This document shows positions 35,741-57,629 of a stretch of DNA of 64,000 bases, piece by piece. Below the pieces are notes generated by a model. The model was not told the DNA's origin, made no database searches, and saw only the letters and a list, made by a program, of their open reading frames with translations. The translations under genes and the position numbers were made by a program. The stretch is taken from positions 62,001 through 126,000 of the forward strand of contig OZ237761.1 of the NCBI GenBank assembly GCA_965178125.1. Direction: 5' to 3'. Each line of letters starts with the position of its first letter. Position 1 is the first letter of the stretch. This stretch comes from Bilabrum cf. latius. Its lineage: Eukaryota.

Positions 35741-36391
35741 CGTATCTATTCGCGGGTGGCAACTAGCCGGTTGAGGCAGTCGACGTTATATGCGGCACAA
35801 CCTGCACCAGTTGATATAATAGATGAAGAATGAGAAACAACTTCCAGACATATTCGCCTTGGGGGGCGCAGCTGGATGGCGGTAATAGGTGTTTTGATCG
35901 ACTGATGCGACGTGGCAGCTGCTTCTCGAGCAGCGAACAACGAAGAAAGCGCGCAGCATCGGCTCCTGACAGCACTCTCACCAGCTGCTAGGGTATAACC
36001 TAGTGATTTGTTAGGCTAGTATTTGTTAGCCTGGATCACTGCAATCAGAAATGGGCAACAGAAGCAACGCAAGACTCGTTCCCTGCATCGTTCCTTCCGT
36101 GCGACGCGTCATCTGCGAACTTGCATCTCACACAACGAAGCCGGCCCAAAACACCCTTCGGGTGGGGACCATGCACGGGTGCACCGTGGTAGGTGGCGTT
36201 CTTAGCTCGTAAAGACGAGCCGTGTTGCACGCTTTGCTGTGAAAAGCCGGTTTTTGGGGCTGACTGGCTTGCAACGAATCTTCGTTCGTGAGAGGATAGA
36301 AGGTTCGTGGAGGTTCGTAAATTTGAAAGAATGAAGCGCTTCCTAGCGGACAAACACCGCCATATACGTCACGTTACGCCTCAAAAGCAGA

Positions 36392-46564
<10,173 letters not shown>

Positions 46565-46831
46565 CTTGTCGGTCCTATGGCTTGCGCAACAGACCAGGGT
46601 CTCAGTTATTGTGCGAACAACCCGACAGATCGACTAAAAACGCCAAGGGGGGCGGTTGAGGTTGTGATCTCGGCGACGGTCTGGAACAGGTCATTCGTTC
46701 CCGGTTCGCCAGAGTTCTTTCGGTGGTCGGTCGTCTCAGGCGACTCGTCTGCCCGACCAGGCCCGGTGTCTGGCAATGTAACGGCGCATAGGCAGCCCAA
46801 GACGGAGCGCGCAGCCTGTTCACGTTTCTAT

Positions 46832-48430
46832 TTACAATTTCTATGCATCCAGGACCGTGCTCCCCGCGCTCCCCGCCTGCGCCCTGGCGAGGTACTCCTC
46901 CGTGCCCATCTCCGCGAGCCTAGACCGGGTCCTGTCGAAGGCGAACACCTCGTCCGGCTGCGCACCTTCGTGCGATGCACCCGCATCGGGGAGCATCTCT
47001 TCCAGCGGGGCCTCGGCCTCCACCACCAGCGCCCTGCACTCGTCGTACAGGGTATCCACAAGGGTGATGAAGCGCCGCAGCTCGTTCCGTTTGCTCGCTT
47101 GCAATACCGGAACTCCCTCAACAAATACGGCTCCGAATGCCCCCGCGATCGCGCGGTAATCGCCAGCGCCCATCGGACCCCCAGCGCGCACGCCGCTGCC
47201 GTCCCCGCACAGGTCGTCAAACCGGAACCGGGCCACAGCAAACGGAGCGGGTGCACTCGTCACAGCCCGGGGACATGCGACCGGCCGGCCCTGCGCTTCC
47301 AGCTCAACGGATACCTCTGTGCAACCCCTCGTGGCTCTCCTCCAGTAGTCATCTATGCCGGCGGCTGTCACCTGGCTTCCATCTCCTCCTTTTGCCACCC
47401 CCACCAGCTTCCCCGAGGAATCCGCCGGTGCCCCCCCGCCGGCACCCTCAGTACCCGCTGCCCCATGTCCTTGCTGCTCCCGCACCTCACTCGTCACGAT
47501 CCAGGTGTGCCCGGCCTGTTCCCCAGCCAACCGGTAGTCCACCCCCGCGTCCAGGCAGCACTCCACGAGGGCCCCCTGCAGCAGCACGATGCAGGGAACA
47601 AACAGCTCCCGTGAAAGACCGTTCTTGTACAAGTCCACCGGTGGACGGTTTGAGGTCGTCACGAGGACGCAGCCGGCACGCAGCAAAGCCGGAACTAGCC
47701 TGCCCAGCAGCATGGCGTCTCCGATGTCCGTCACCATGAACTCGTCCAGACAGAGCACGTCGGTTTCCGAGGCGATCCGGGCCGCAATCCGAGGGAGCGG
47801 GTCCCCGGCCGGAGCCCCTCCTCCTCCTCCTCCTCCTGATGAGGCGCGCATCGCCGACTGCCTCTCGGCGTGCATCTCGGCGTGCAGGTCGAGCATGAAG
47901 CGGTGGAAGTGCGCCCTCCTCCCGCTTGTTCCCTTGGGCAGGGCCTCCAGGAATGCCTCCATCAGCATGGTTTTGCCCGTGCCAACGCCCCCCCAGATGT
48001 AGAGGCCCTTGGGCACGCCCGCAGGGAGCGAGGCCTCACCGCCCTGCTCCACCATGGCTGCCGCGTCTGTGGCGAACGAACCGCTCGTGCTTCCCGCTCG
48101 CGGCAGAATGCGGCTCGGTGGCTCAGACGTGTCAATTCCGATCATGTCGGCGACACGTCCGAACAGTCCGCCGAGTATGCCTCCATCCTTGCTGGATTCC
48201 AATTGAGCTGGTCTTGCGCTTTCTTCTGCCGCTGCCCTGGCCCGCTCCAACGCAGCAGACCGTCCCCCGCTGCTGGATGTCCATCTTGCAACTTCGCCAA
48301 CGAGTCTATCAAGCTCAGCGGCGACTTTTTGCTGCTCGGTATCCGCAACTAGGCCTCCATCGGACACTCGAGACGCCAGTATCGCATTTACAGACGTTTC
48401 GGGCGCAACCGCCGACGAGAACCTCCGCAT
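46832..48430 (-). CDS. AFG1: AFG1/LACE1/ZapE-family ATPase, probably mitochondrial; 1 TAG near the end
   Basis: Motifs KGLYIWGGVGTGKTMLM, HFHRFM, LCLDEF, TSNRPP and RRFITLVDTLYD. Transit-like MRRFSS. Reads DA*KL then TAA at 46832. Confidence 0.9.
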
Positions 48431-48740
48431 GTCATGTGGAAACTAGTGGTGCATGCTGAACATGCGTGATTCAGACTAGGCTAGCGTGACCGCCGCCTGG
48501 AGCAAACTTGGCAGGTGTCGCTGGCGACTTCGAGCAGTCACATGCAAGCTTATAGATCGTTTGCAGACACTCTTAGTTGCGCATATGGATCTACAATAAG
48601 ATTTGCATCGTGTGATGGCCCTCATACGTCGAGAAAAGTACAAGAATTCGGTTTTTCGTGGTTCGTACTCGTCACCGCCGGCCGCCACCACAGGCGGCCA
48701 CGAGTCGCAAAGAAAGCCCCACATCTACCCTCGGACAAGC

Positions 48741-50425
48741 ATGCTTCGTTATCGCGCCTTGCGTTCCATGCAAAACATCTCTCGTGTGCCGTGCGGGCAC
48801 AAGGTAGCCTTTGCTCGGGCCTTCACGGCTACGGCGCAAGTGCTTGCCAAGCGCAAGAAGAAGAAGGCCACGTTCGACGATGGTAAGGTACATGTCCAAC
48901 TATGTAATATTTAATGCTGAACTTTTCCAAAGTATAGTGCTACTATGACTTGCAGTCCAATGTACCCGCAGACAAGGCTGCTGCGCTGGATATGGCGGTC
49001 CAGCAAATCGAGTCGGCGTTCGGGAAGGGCTCAATCATGAAGCTGGGGGAACGCGTGCACTCCGACGTGCCGGTAGTCTCTACAGGCTCCCTTACCCTAG
49101 ATGTGGCTCTTGGTATTGGAGGCCTTCCTAGAGGACGTGTGGTCGAGATCTACGGGCCCGAAAGCTCAGGCAAGACTACAATGGCGCTTCACGTGGTTGC
49201 ACAGGCTTAGAAGTAGGTGAGTTATTATCGAAGTCCACGACGACCCAGCTTGGATTGCGCCACCCCGTCAAAGCTTGCAGTCCTGCGTGCTGGCGCGCTG
49301 GCCTCACCACAGAGGCGCGGAACCCGCACCACGCTGGTCATCGCGTGATGTCGGCTGCACTCGCGTGACGAACCCCACGCCTTCCAGCTTTGAACATCTC
49401 ACTCGCAGGGTCTTGATTGCACCTTTATTGACGTCGAGCACGCCATCGATCCGGGTTACGCCGAGCTGATCGGCGTGGACACGTCCTCGCTGCTCCTCTC
49501 GCAGCCAGACACCGGGGAACAAGCCCTCGAGATCGCCGACACGCTCGTCAGGAGCGGTGCCATGGGAGTGGTGGTCGTTGATAGCGTGGCTGCCCTTGTT
49601 CCCCGGGCGGAGCTGGAGGGCGAGATGGGCGACGCGCACATGGCGCTTCAGGCCCGACTCATGTCACAGGCCCTCCGCAAGCTGACGTCTTCCCTGTCTC
49701 GGAGCGACACGCTGCTCATCTTCATCAACCAGATCAGGTCCAAGGTGGGCGTCCTCTTCGGCTCGAACGAGGTCACCACGGGCGGCAATGCGCTCAAGTT
49801 CTACTCGTCCGTACGACTGGACATCCGGCGCACCGGGCAGCTCAAGCAAGGGGACAAGCTGGTGGGCAACTCGACCCGGGTGCGCGTGGTGAAGAACAAG
49901 ATGGCCCCGCCCTTCCGCACGGCCGAGTTTGACCTCATGTTCGGGAAGGGTGTCAGCTGGGAGGGCGAGCTAGTCGACCTGGGCGTGCAGTGCGGGGCGG
50001 TCAAGAAGGCCGGTGCCTGGCTCAGCGTAGAGGCGAGCATCGCGCCGCCGGAGGCATGGATCCAGGACGAGGCGGAGCCGGAAGAGGATGTGGAGGACGA
50101 TGGGGATGACTAGGCCGCCGGGGAAGAAGGGGAGGATGCCGAAGCCGAGGGGGCCGAGGGCGTTGACCCAAAGTAGGCCTCTGTACCTGCACCGGCCCCC
50201 GCCGCGGGGTCCTACAAACCCCCCGAGGGCTCGGTGATGATTGGCCAGGGGAGGGAGAAGGCCAAGGCGTGGGTGCTTGCCCACCCAGCAGTAAGCCAGC
50301 ACATCGCGGCCAGGGTCAAGGAGTTTATGGGGGTCGCAGGAGGGGAAGGGGGGGAGATGGAGGAGCAGGGCGAGGAGGAGGAGCAGGGCGAGGAGGAGGG
50401 TGGGGATCCGACCTCTAGAGTGTGA
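48741..50425 (+). CDS. recA: Bacterial-type RecA with organellar (probably mitochondrial) presequence; exons 48741-48887, 48956-49216, 49409-50425; 4 TAG
   Basis: Motifs [70 protein letters not shown] and IGQGREKA. Arg/Ala-rich presequence. Ends TGA. Confidence 0.93.
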
Positions 50426-50935
50426 TAGCTCTAGCTCGCGGCGATGATGACACGATGAGTGGAGGATGGCAAGCCCACAGAGGTGGGCGAGGGCCCGAGT
50501 GGAGATATTGAATTCGGGGCGCATGCACAGATACTAGGACCTAATGTTTTATTATTGCAGCTCTACTTTCTAATTCTAGACGTGGCAAGTGCGACGGTAA
50601 CGCTCTATGGCAGTTCACGATTGGTGTGCACCCATTAAGCACGGCCAGTTTCTTTAAGACCAACCCACGCTCACCCAAAGTATGGCGGCAGCAGCTGGCG
50701 AACCAAAATTAAGACGTGCCGTTCCTGGCTTTGGTGACATCAGCCATGAGAAAGCGGGCTCTGTGAGTAGGGCCAACCGAGAACCGTGCGATCCGGATCT
50801 GGGGCACTGACACTATGACTACCTGGGATTCATCTTGCATGGGCGTGGGGTCATTGCCGTGCACTTCAGCAAAATCTATATTGACTCCACATAAAATTTG
50901 AACCGGCTGAAACCCCCGTCCTGCGCAAACGACCC

Positions 50936-53900
50936 TCAAGGCTGCGTGATAGCCTCGATTTTCTCCGCCGCTCGCTCCCTCCCGCCTCCCACCGCGTCTC
51001 CCTCGGTCAGCCCAAACAGCGCCGCCGTCGCCGCATCCGCTGCGCGATCCTGCTGCACCGCGGCCTTGCGGGCCGCCTCGTACCACTTTGACCACTCCGC
51101 CTCGGCCGCCGCGCGCTCCGCCGAGTCGCGGCCCAGCAGCCTCTCGGCAGCCTTGGCCGCTGTCTCGTCCTCCTCGGCCCCGACCATCCACGGAGCCTGG
51201 TCCGAGAGGGCCACCGCAGCTGCTTGTTCCGCATCCGATTGCGCGGCGCCACTTTCACCACCTCCGTCCCTCTGCGCAGCCTGCTGCAGGGCCGATCTGG
51301 CCAGCGCTCCAGCACCTAGCGATCGAGCGATGTCCACGGGTACGGCCCGCTCCATCTCCTCTAGCTTCGCGAGGCAGTAGATGGACCTGCACCTGAGCTT
51401 CAAGGAGGCCAGAGCCTCGAGAGACGCCTGGTCCTTGGCGCGACCCAGAGCGAACACCTTCAGTCCTTCCGCGGTCGTTCCGGGGTACGATTCCGAGAGC
51501 GTGAATCCCTTCTGCGTGATCGGCTCGCGGATCGCGAACTCGCGCAGTGCCATGCGCACCCGCTCCCCCGCGCGCAGCATCCCGCTGAGGTCCTCGCTGG
51601 TGGACACGAACGGCAACCCCTGCGTCGCAGAGGCCTGTCCCGGGAGCAGGAGACCCGCCCCGCCGCCGGTGATGACCCGATAGGCCACCACGCCATCCTC
51701 GGACCTGCCCCCGTAGGCCTCCGAGAGGGTAAGCCCCTTGGCCGTGAACGGTGTGACGACTGCGTATTCCCGCATGGGTCGGCCTTCCTCCGTGTAGGTG
51801 ACCCCCTGACTCAGTGTCAGCGCTGTCAGCTGGGACAGCGGCAGGGAGTCCACCCCGGGGCCCCACTTGCCCCTGCCCTTGGAGGCACGGACCAGCGCCT
51901 GCCTCGCGTCGCGGACCCTGTCCCGAAGATCCGAGCCGGAGGCACCGCCGTGCGATGTATCACCATCTCCGTCACCGGTTGCATCGGCAGCCTTTGCCGC
52001 CTGCTCCACCTCGGGCGTCCCGCTCACCAGCTGCACCACATCCCCCACGCCGATGGATCCCCTTAGATCCACACCGTCGTCAGAGACGGCCGCCCACGGG
52101 CTGCCCTCTCGCACGCTCAGGCCCACGGGCAGCCTCACCCTCCTGACGATCCGGGCCCCGCCCAGCCCAGTGGCAGAGGCATCGGGCCAGGGAACAGTGA
52201 GCCGGACGAGGTCCCTGGACGGCGGCTCCGCGACGATGAGCATCTGCTGACGGCCCACCCTGAGCGCATCCCCGGTGGACAGCAGGCCGGTGAGGTCACT
52301 GGTCGTGCTCAGGAAAGGACTGCCCCGGATGGCGTGGAACGCGCCGGGCAGCAGCGCGAGCAGGATTTCACGCTCGGTGCCGCCCTGCCCGTCCTTCTCG
52401 GGCGCAGGCGGCTGGGGATTCAGGTTGAGGAAGAGCGGCTGCGCGCTGCCGTCCCTGCCTTGGAACTGGCTGTCCAGCAGGATGTGGGAGGGACCGTACG
52501 GCAGGCCCCCGTCCTGGCCCCTTTGGGCCACCCTCAGACGCCGGTAGTCACCCACGCGGAGCACCGTCCCGGGCTGCACGAAGTCTCTCAAGTCGCACGA
52601 CGTAGACACGCGGGCGCTACCCTGTTTCACGGAACCCACGCACGGTAACATCCTGTACCCCGTGCCGTGCAGCGGCTGCTTTTCCGCCGAGCCTGCGGCG
52701 TGCGGCTGCACCGTCTGGAAGCCCCGCGCGGACACGCCCACGCCGAGTGAGGACAGGCCTCCCAGCTCGTCCGCGTGCCTGTCCTCCGGGCCGTTGTTCC
52801 CCAGGCCAGTCATGGCACCGCCGCCCACGTGCATGGGTAGGAACGGCCCAGCTACAACCTCATCTCCCGGGACCAGCTTTCCCCTTAGATCCGTGTTCGA
52901 GGCCACAACTCTGCTGCCTTGTTGCAGGTCAACAAGCACGCCGGCGGTGGAGACTGCCTGCAAGCCGCGGCTGCGCACTTCGCACTTGCTGCAGCCACGT
53001 TTGCCTGGCTAGTCTCCCTTCTCCCCGCCACCCGAACCGTCCTCGTCCTCGTCCTACTCCGACTCTTCTTCCAGCGGCCCGGCGAGCTGGAACCCCGTCC
53101 CGCCGATGACGTCACCCTCTTGCCCGTCCTTGGGTACCAGTGCCACCTGACCAAGGTAGAACAGCAGGGGCCCACCTTCGCCACTGCTGCTACTTGCGCC
53201 CAGCCGCAGCAGCTCGCCCGGCCGCACTTGCCCCCTAGGATCCCTTTCACAGATCGCTTTGGACTCGCCGGGCCCCACAGAGCACACGAGTGCATCGAGC
53301 CCGCCCACCGCAGCCGCCCCATCCTCTTCGCCGCTGGGCAATACCCCGAGAAGGCGCTCCCCCGTGTGGAAGAACCACGGCACGCCAGCGCGGCCCTGCG
53401 CAGATGGCACCATGGAGTCCTGCCCGCTGCTGCCATCATCGGAGCCTCGCACCAGCAGTCCGATGGCGGTGAGTGGCACATGAGCCGGTGCCCTCAGCAC
53501 GATGTAGTTGCCATCGTCCTTGCCCTAGTACGGCCCGATGTGATCGATCACTAGTCCGAATGCGCCGCCGATCATCACAATATCGCCAACGCCCAGGACT
53601 GCGCCGACGTCTGCCGTCGACTTGCACTCCACCCGCACACTGACTTCGACGTCCCCCGATCCACCAACATGTTCTCCGGACTGGTCTTTTCTATTCGATG
53701 CGGCCATCTTGCTGCGCAGGACACCCACGATGCGCACGTCGCCAGGCAGCACGCGGTACGGCAGTTTCCTGCCCTGCGCCCTCTCGTTGTCCTCCCCGAC
53801 CCATGCCTTCCGATCCAAGTCAAACCCCGCCGCGTGCATCGCGACGGCCTTGCGAGACCCGTCTATTCCCCCCCCTAGCATTGTTCCTTCCATTGCTACC

Positions 53901-55321
53901 GCGTGCGGGATGGACTGCTCAATCTGCAGCACATCCCCGGTCTGGATGAGCCCCCTGATGTCTTTCGTGGAGCCCACGCTGAACACGCCCCGCTTGACGA
54001 TCAGGAAGCCGGGCAGCAACGCCCCGCCCAGCCCCTTCCCATCCCCAAACATGGACGCTGCAGCGTTCCGCACCGCCGCCACCACGTCATCCACGCGGAC
54101 GCCCACGGGTCCAGGACTCGGTAGCGCTTCCCTCTTCTGGCTCTATCCCATGGCCATGGACGGGTCAACGAGGAAAACAGGCAGCCGCTGGGCCCCTCCC
54201 CTGTGGACGTCCTCGTTGAGCAAGAAGCCCTCACTCGTCACAGGGGATGCCACAAGGTACACCCGGGGGTGCACCGTGGGCCCGTTCCATATGCCATCGC
54301 TGCCCTTGGTGTCTGCATCCGTGCCTTCCACGCCCTTGCTAGAGGCGCCCCCGCCCAGCCCCACCCAAGCCAGCAGCCCCCCGCCGCCGCCCTTGCCCTT
54401 GCCTGTGCCTCGAGACCCGTGCAGACCTTGTTCCTCCATCTCGAGCACGTCTCCAAACAGAACGATCGCGTCTCCCTGCCTCAGGCTCTTGGTCGGATCC
54501 CCCACAGTCACGCGGACCGCGCTGGCACCATGCTGGACGTCGGCCAGGAAGGGCAGCGGTTTCAGGTTTGTAGCCCACAGGCGGTGCAGCAGCTTGTCTT
54601 GCAGCGGAAACGGGGCCAACAAGGTAAATCCAGCCGTAATCGGCGCGGATTTCAGCACAAGCGGCACTGCCTCGGCGATTCGAATCACGCTCTTGCTCTT
54701 GAGCAGCGTGGGCAGCTGCGAGCTGCTGGCACCCAGCCCGCTGAGGTCACCAGAAGACGAGATCCAGGGGGATTGCCTGGTCGCATTAATATGCCCTGGC
54801 ATAGGTATTTCACGGTACAGCGCCTGAAGATTGCTGCTGACGCTTAGCTGCGAGCTTAGCAACCCGCACGCTTTCGCCAACGCTGACAGCTCGCCGTCAT
54901 TCCCTCGAAGCTGTTTTCCACTTATGCTTGCCCCTACCGACGCATCTGACTGCAAGACCTTAGTTACTGCGTCTTTGGTGCATGCTGATTCGCTTTCGGA
55001 GCTTGGAACCTCGCGAAAGCGCTATGTCTGCAACTACGAATTCCGTTCACTAGACCCCGACCCTGCATCCGAAGGGGTGATTCCTCCCGCTTGATTGTGG
55101 TCAGATAGGTCTTTCCTATGCCTGTTTTCCATACGCCCGCTACTTATCCCCGAATCACCCACGAGAAGCACAGCTTCGGCAGAACTTGGAGGAGCCAGTG
55201 TGCGCGCAGTGGCACTTGGCCTAGAAGTCGATGCATCCATGATCATTTGTTGATTTTCTCGCCTCCATCCAGCAGTACTACCAATCCAAAATATAAATGC
55301 TACAGAATACAACGTAGACAT
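50936..55321 (-). CDS. Large secreted protein (1461 aa) with about 9 dispersed copies of a beta-rich module; 6 TAG
   Basis: Signal-like MSTLYSVAFIFWIGSTAG. Five track ORFs share one frame, joined by TAG (55034, 55022, 54143, 53525, 53054, 53009). Repeated LP..V..G...V.T..DL.G....GD.L.VG motif. Ends TGA. Confidence 0.75.
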
Positions 55322-56448
55322 GGCTTTAATCGATTGTGTGGGACACTGCTTTTTTCTGGCAACCTATACCAGTTCTTTGCACCTTACATTCCGAGTCGCT
55401 GAGCATCCGGAGTGAATATTATTATTTTTGCTCCCGATGCTCACCAAGGGTTGTGCCAAAAGATCTGACCCCATCATATGAATTATCTTTCTATATTGGT
55501 CAGTCGCTTCGCAGCTCGTCAGAGTTCACGTATCCTCCAGGCACCCCGTACTGCTGCCCAGCCTGGCAGGCTAGTCCAACCCTGCTCTAGCGCTGGCTAC
55601 CGCCGTGGCAAGGCTGTTGTTTCCAGCTGCCCCCACAGTCAAACTATCAAAGTCCTTCTGAGTGGCAACCACCAGGGGGGAATGGATTCTCGGGGCGGAG
55701 CTTAGGTGGCTCCGGCTACTGGCCCATTGAAGCCGAAGCGTGCAGTTTGGTTTGGTAGTTTCTGGGCTTGCGGTCCAGACAGATGCGAATCCTTTAGAGC
55801 GTCCACTTTTAAGAAATTTTTGCAACCTATTAGTGCATATGGCATATCCCCCCCCCCCCCCTACATGAATATATCGTCACACGCTGCAAGGAGCACTCCT
55901 GCACTGACCCACCAGCAGAGGCCTGCCCACCACTGGCAGGTACAGCCCTGCGGAGCACCCACCGGATCCATTGACGGTGCAGGCAGCATCAATCGCGATC
56001 TGCTCCTAGCCGTTCGCTTTTCCCAGATATTGAAGCGGTCCTGGGGGATATTGGTGATACAGGGTCTGCTGCTGTGGTTGGGTGCGAGGGCTTGTCCCCC
56101 AACAACCTGCCTATTGATCTCTGCTCTTGTTGATTCAGGGCAAGATTCGCAATACCCAGGGACACTCTTCGCTTGCCGCGGGCCACCCGCCCCGGATACC
56201 CTACCGTCCGTAATAACGTTGATTGAGATACCCTACCGCCCCGAAAACCCTAGGTCCGACCCAGAATCTGCACTTTACCCCAAGATGGACCCCCGGATTG
56301 GATTGGCCCCCATTCCGGGGGTGGGGGGGTTGAGTTTCACTTGTCAAGTTGGAGTAGTACCCGGAATTTTCGGGGTACGGTACCTCGCAGGTGTGCTCCG
56401 GCATTTGAAAACACCACGTCACACGCTAGCTCGCCATACTTACAGCCA

Positions 56449-57204
56449 ATGCCGCGCTCAACTGGGCCATTCTGGATGCTGATGCTTGCTCTGGTAGCAA
56501 ATATGGCGCTCGCTTAGACCGATGACGGGTTCGCTGATGAAGACGCCGGTGATGACTCGGAAGACCAGTCTCCATTCACAGCAGTCGTCGGAGCCCTATT
56601 TGCGGCTGCTGGTTTGGTACCACCTCTGTATTTGTACTTTTATGACCGTGTACCGGAGTTGCTCCGTCTCCGGGACGAAGGTGAGACAAAGACGGCAAGC
56701 GTGCTGAAAGACCGCTACAGCACCTCAACAAACGGGCAGGGCGGCAGCTCTACGACGTACTACCTCACGGTACAAGTTGACGTAACCTCGGGAAAGGAGG
56801 GTTGTGTCAGAGTGGAGAAAGAGCTGGTCGTGTCTGCAAAGGCGTTCAAGCGCGGTAGGGATTCTCGCCAGCTTGATGTTGTTGTCCTTCCTAGCGAGCC
56901 CCTGCACATGATGGAGGAACAGGAGTGCCGCAATATCGGAAATAATTTCGGGTGCAACTGCAAAGCTGTGTCGTTCTCGCTTTTCGGTGGGGTGTTTATC
57001 GTGGGCGGCATCGGCATGTCGATGTTGCTGCTTTCCAACTCTGGCTGGGAGCTTGCACCCACAATTGCCACGATCGTTGCACTGCTGATCGGGTTTGCAG
57101 GAATGCCATTCATGGTTAAGAGATGCATCAGATAGTGCGCTGATTCCATGTTCGAAGGTGGCTCGGTCCGGCCAGTCAGCCAGGAGCAGGCAGCGGCCGT
57201 GTAA
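56449..57204 (+). CDS. Small membrane protein (signal peptide, TM, beta-rich domain, 2 TM; DUF3592-like layout); 2 TAG
   Basis: Starts MPRSTGPFWMLMLALVANMALA*TDDG. In frame with ORF 56614-57135. Reads through TAG 57133 to TAA at 57202-57204. Confidence 0.65.
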
Positions 57205-57629
57205 AGCGGAGTCATTGAGTTTGCACGGGCTGCGCAGCAACAAGTATTGGATTTTTTGTTTCGCTATGAGTTCCGATGGGTTTGTGCTTGAGCCTGAACG
57301 TTCCAATATCGGGTAGTCGTGATAGGCTACCATGGCCTTCATCACCAATGAACCAATGCCACTGGCAACACAGGTAGCCGTGAATGTATGTAAACTTTTG
57401 GTGATTTCGTCCACGAATGCTCATCCAATGTAATATAGCTCACCAAAGCCAGCAAACACTGATGCTGAATGACACAACAGTGCCTCAACAGTGCAGTGAA
57501 CTTGCCATGTTCTGTTGTGATGACATGTATTGTTTTGCAACACATGATGGTGTTACGACACGCATGTATGCCAAAGCATCTGATTCAATTATTCACTATC
57601 TACATTTTGATCGACCAGTCGCTTTGCAG

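Noticed and set aside
33280-35833. Long antisense and overlapping ORFs over ODC and other GC-rich genes
   Set aside because: Expected shadow ORFs at high GC3, with no recognisable motifs.
35786-35851. 21-codon upstream ORF before ODC as a polyamine-responsive uORF
   Set aside because: No recognisable conserved peptide and the transcript start is unknown, so it cannot be told from chance.
48741-50425. recA as evidence of bacterial origin or contamination
   Set aside because: It has spliceosomal introns, a presequence and the same TAG usage as its neighbours.
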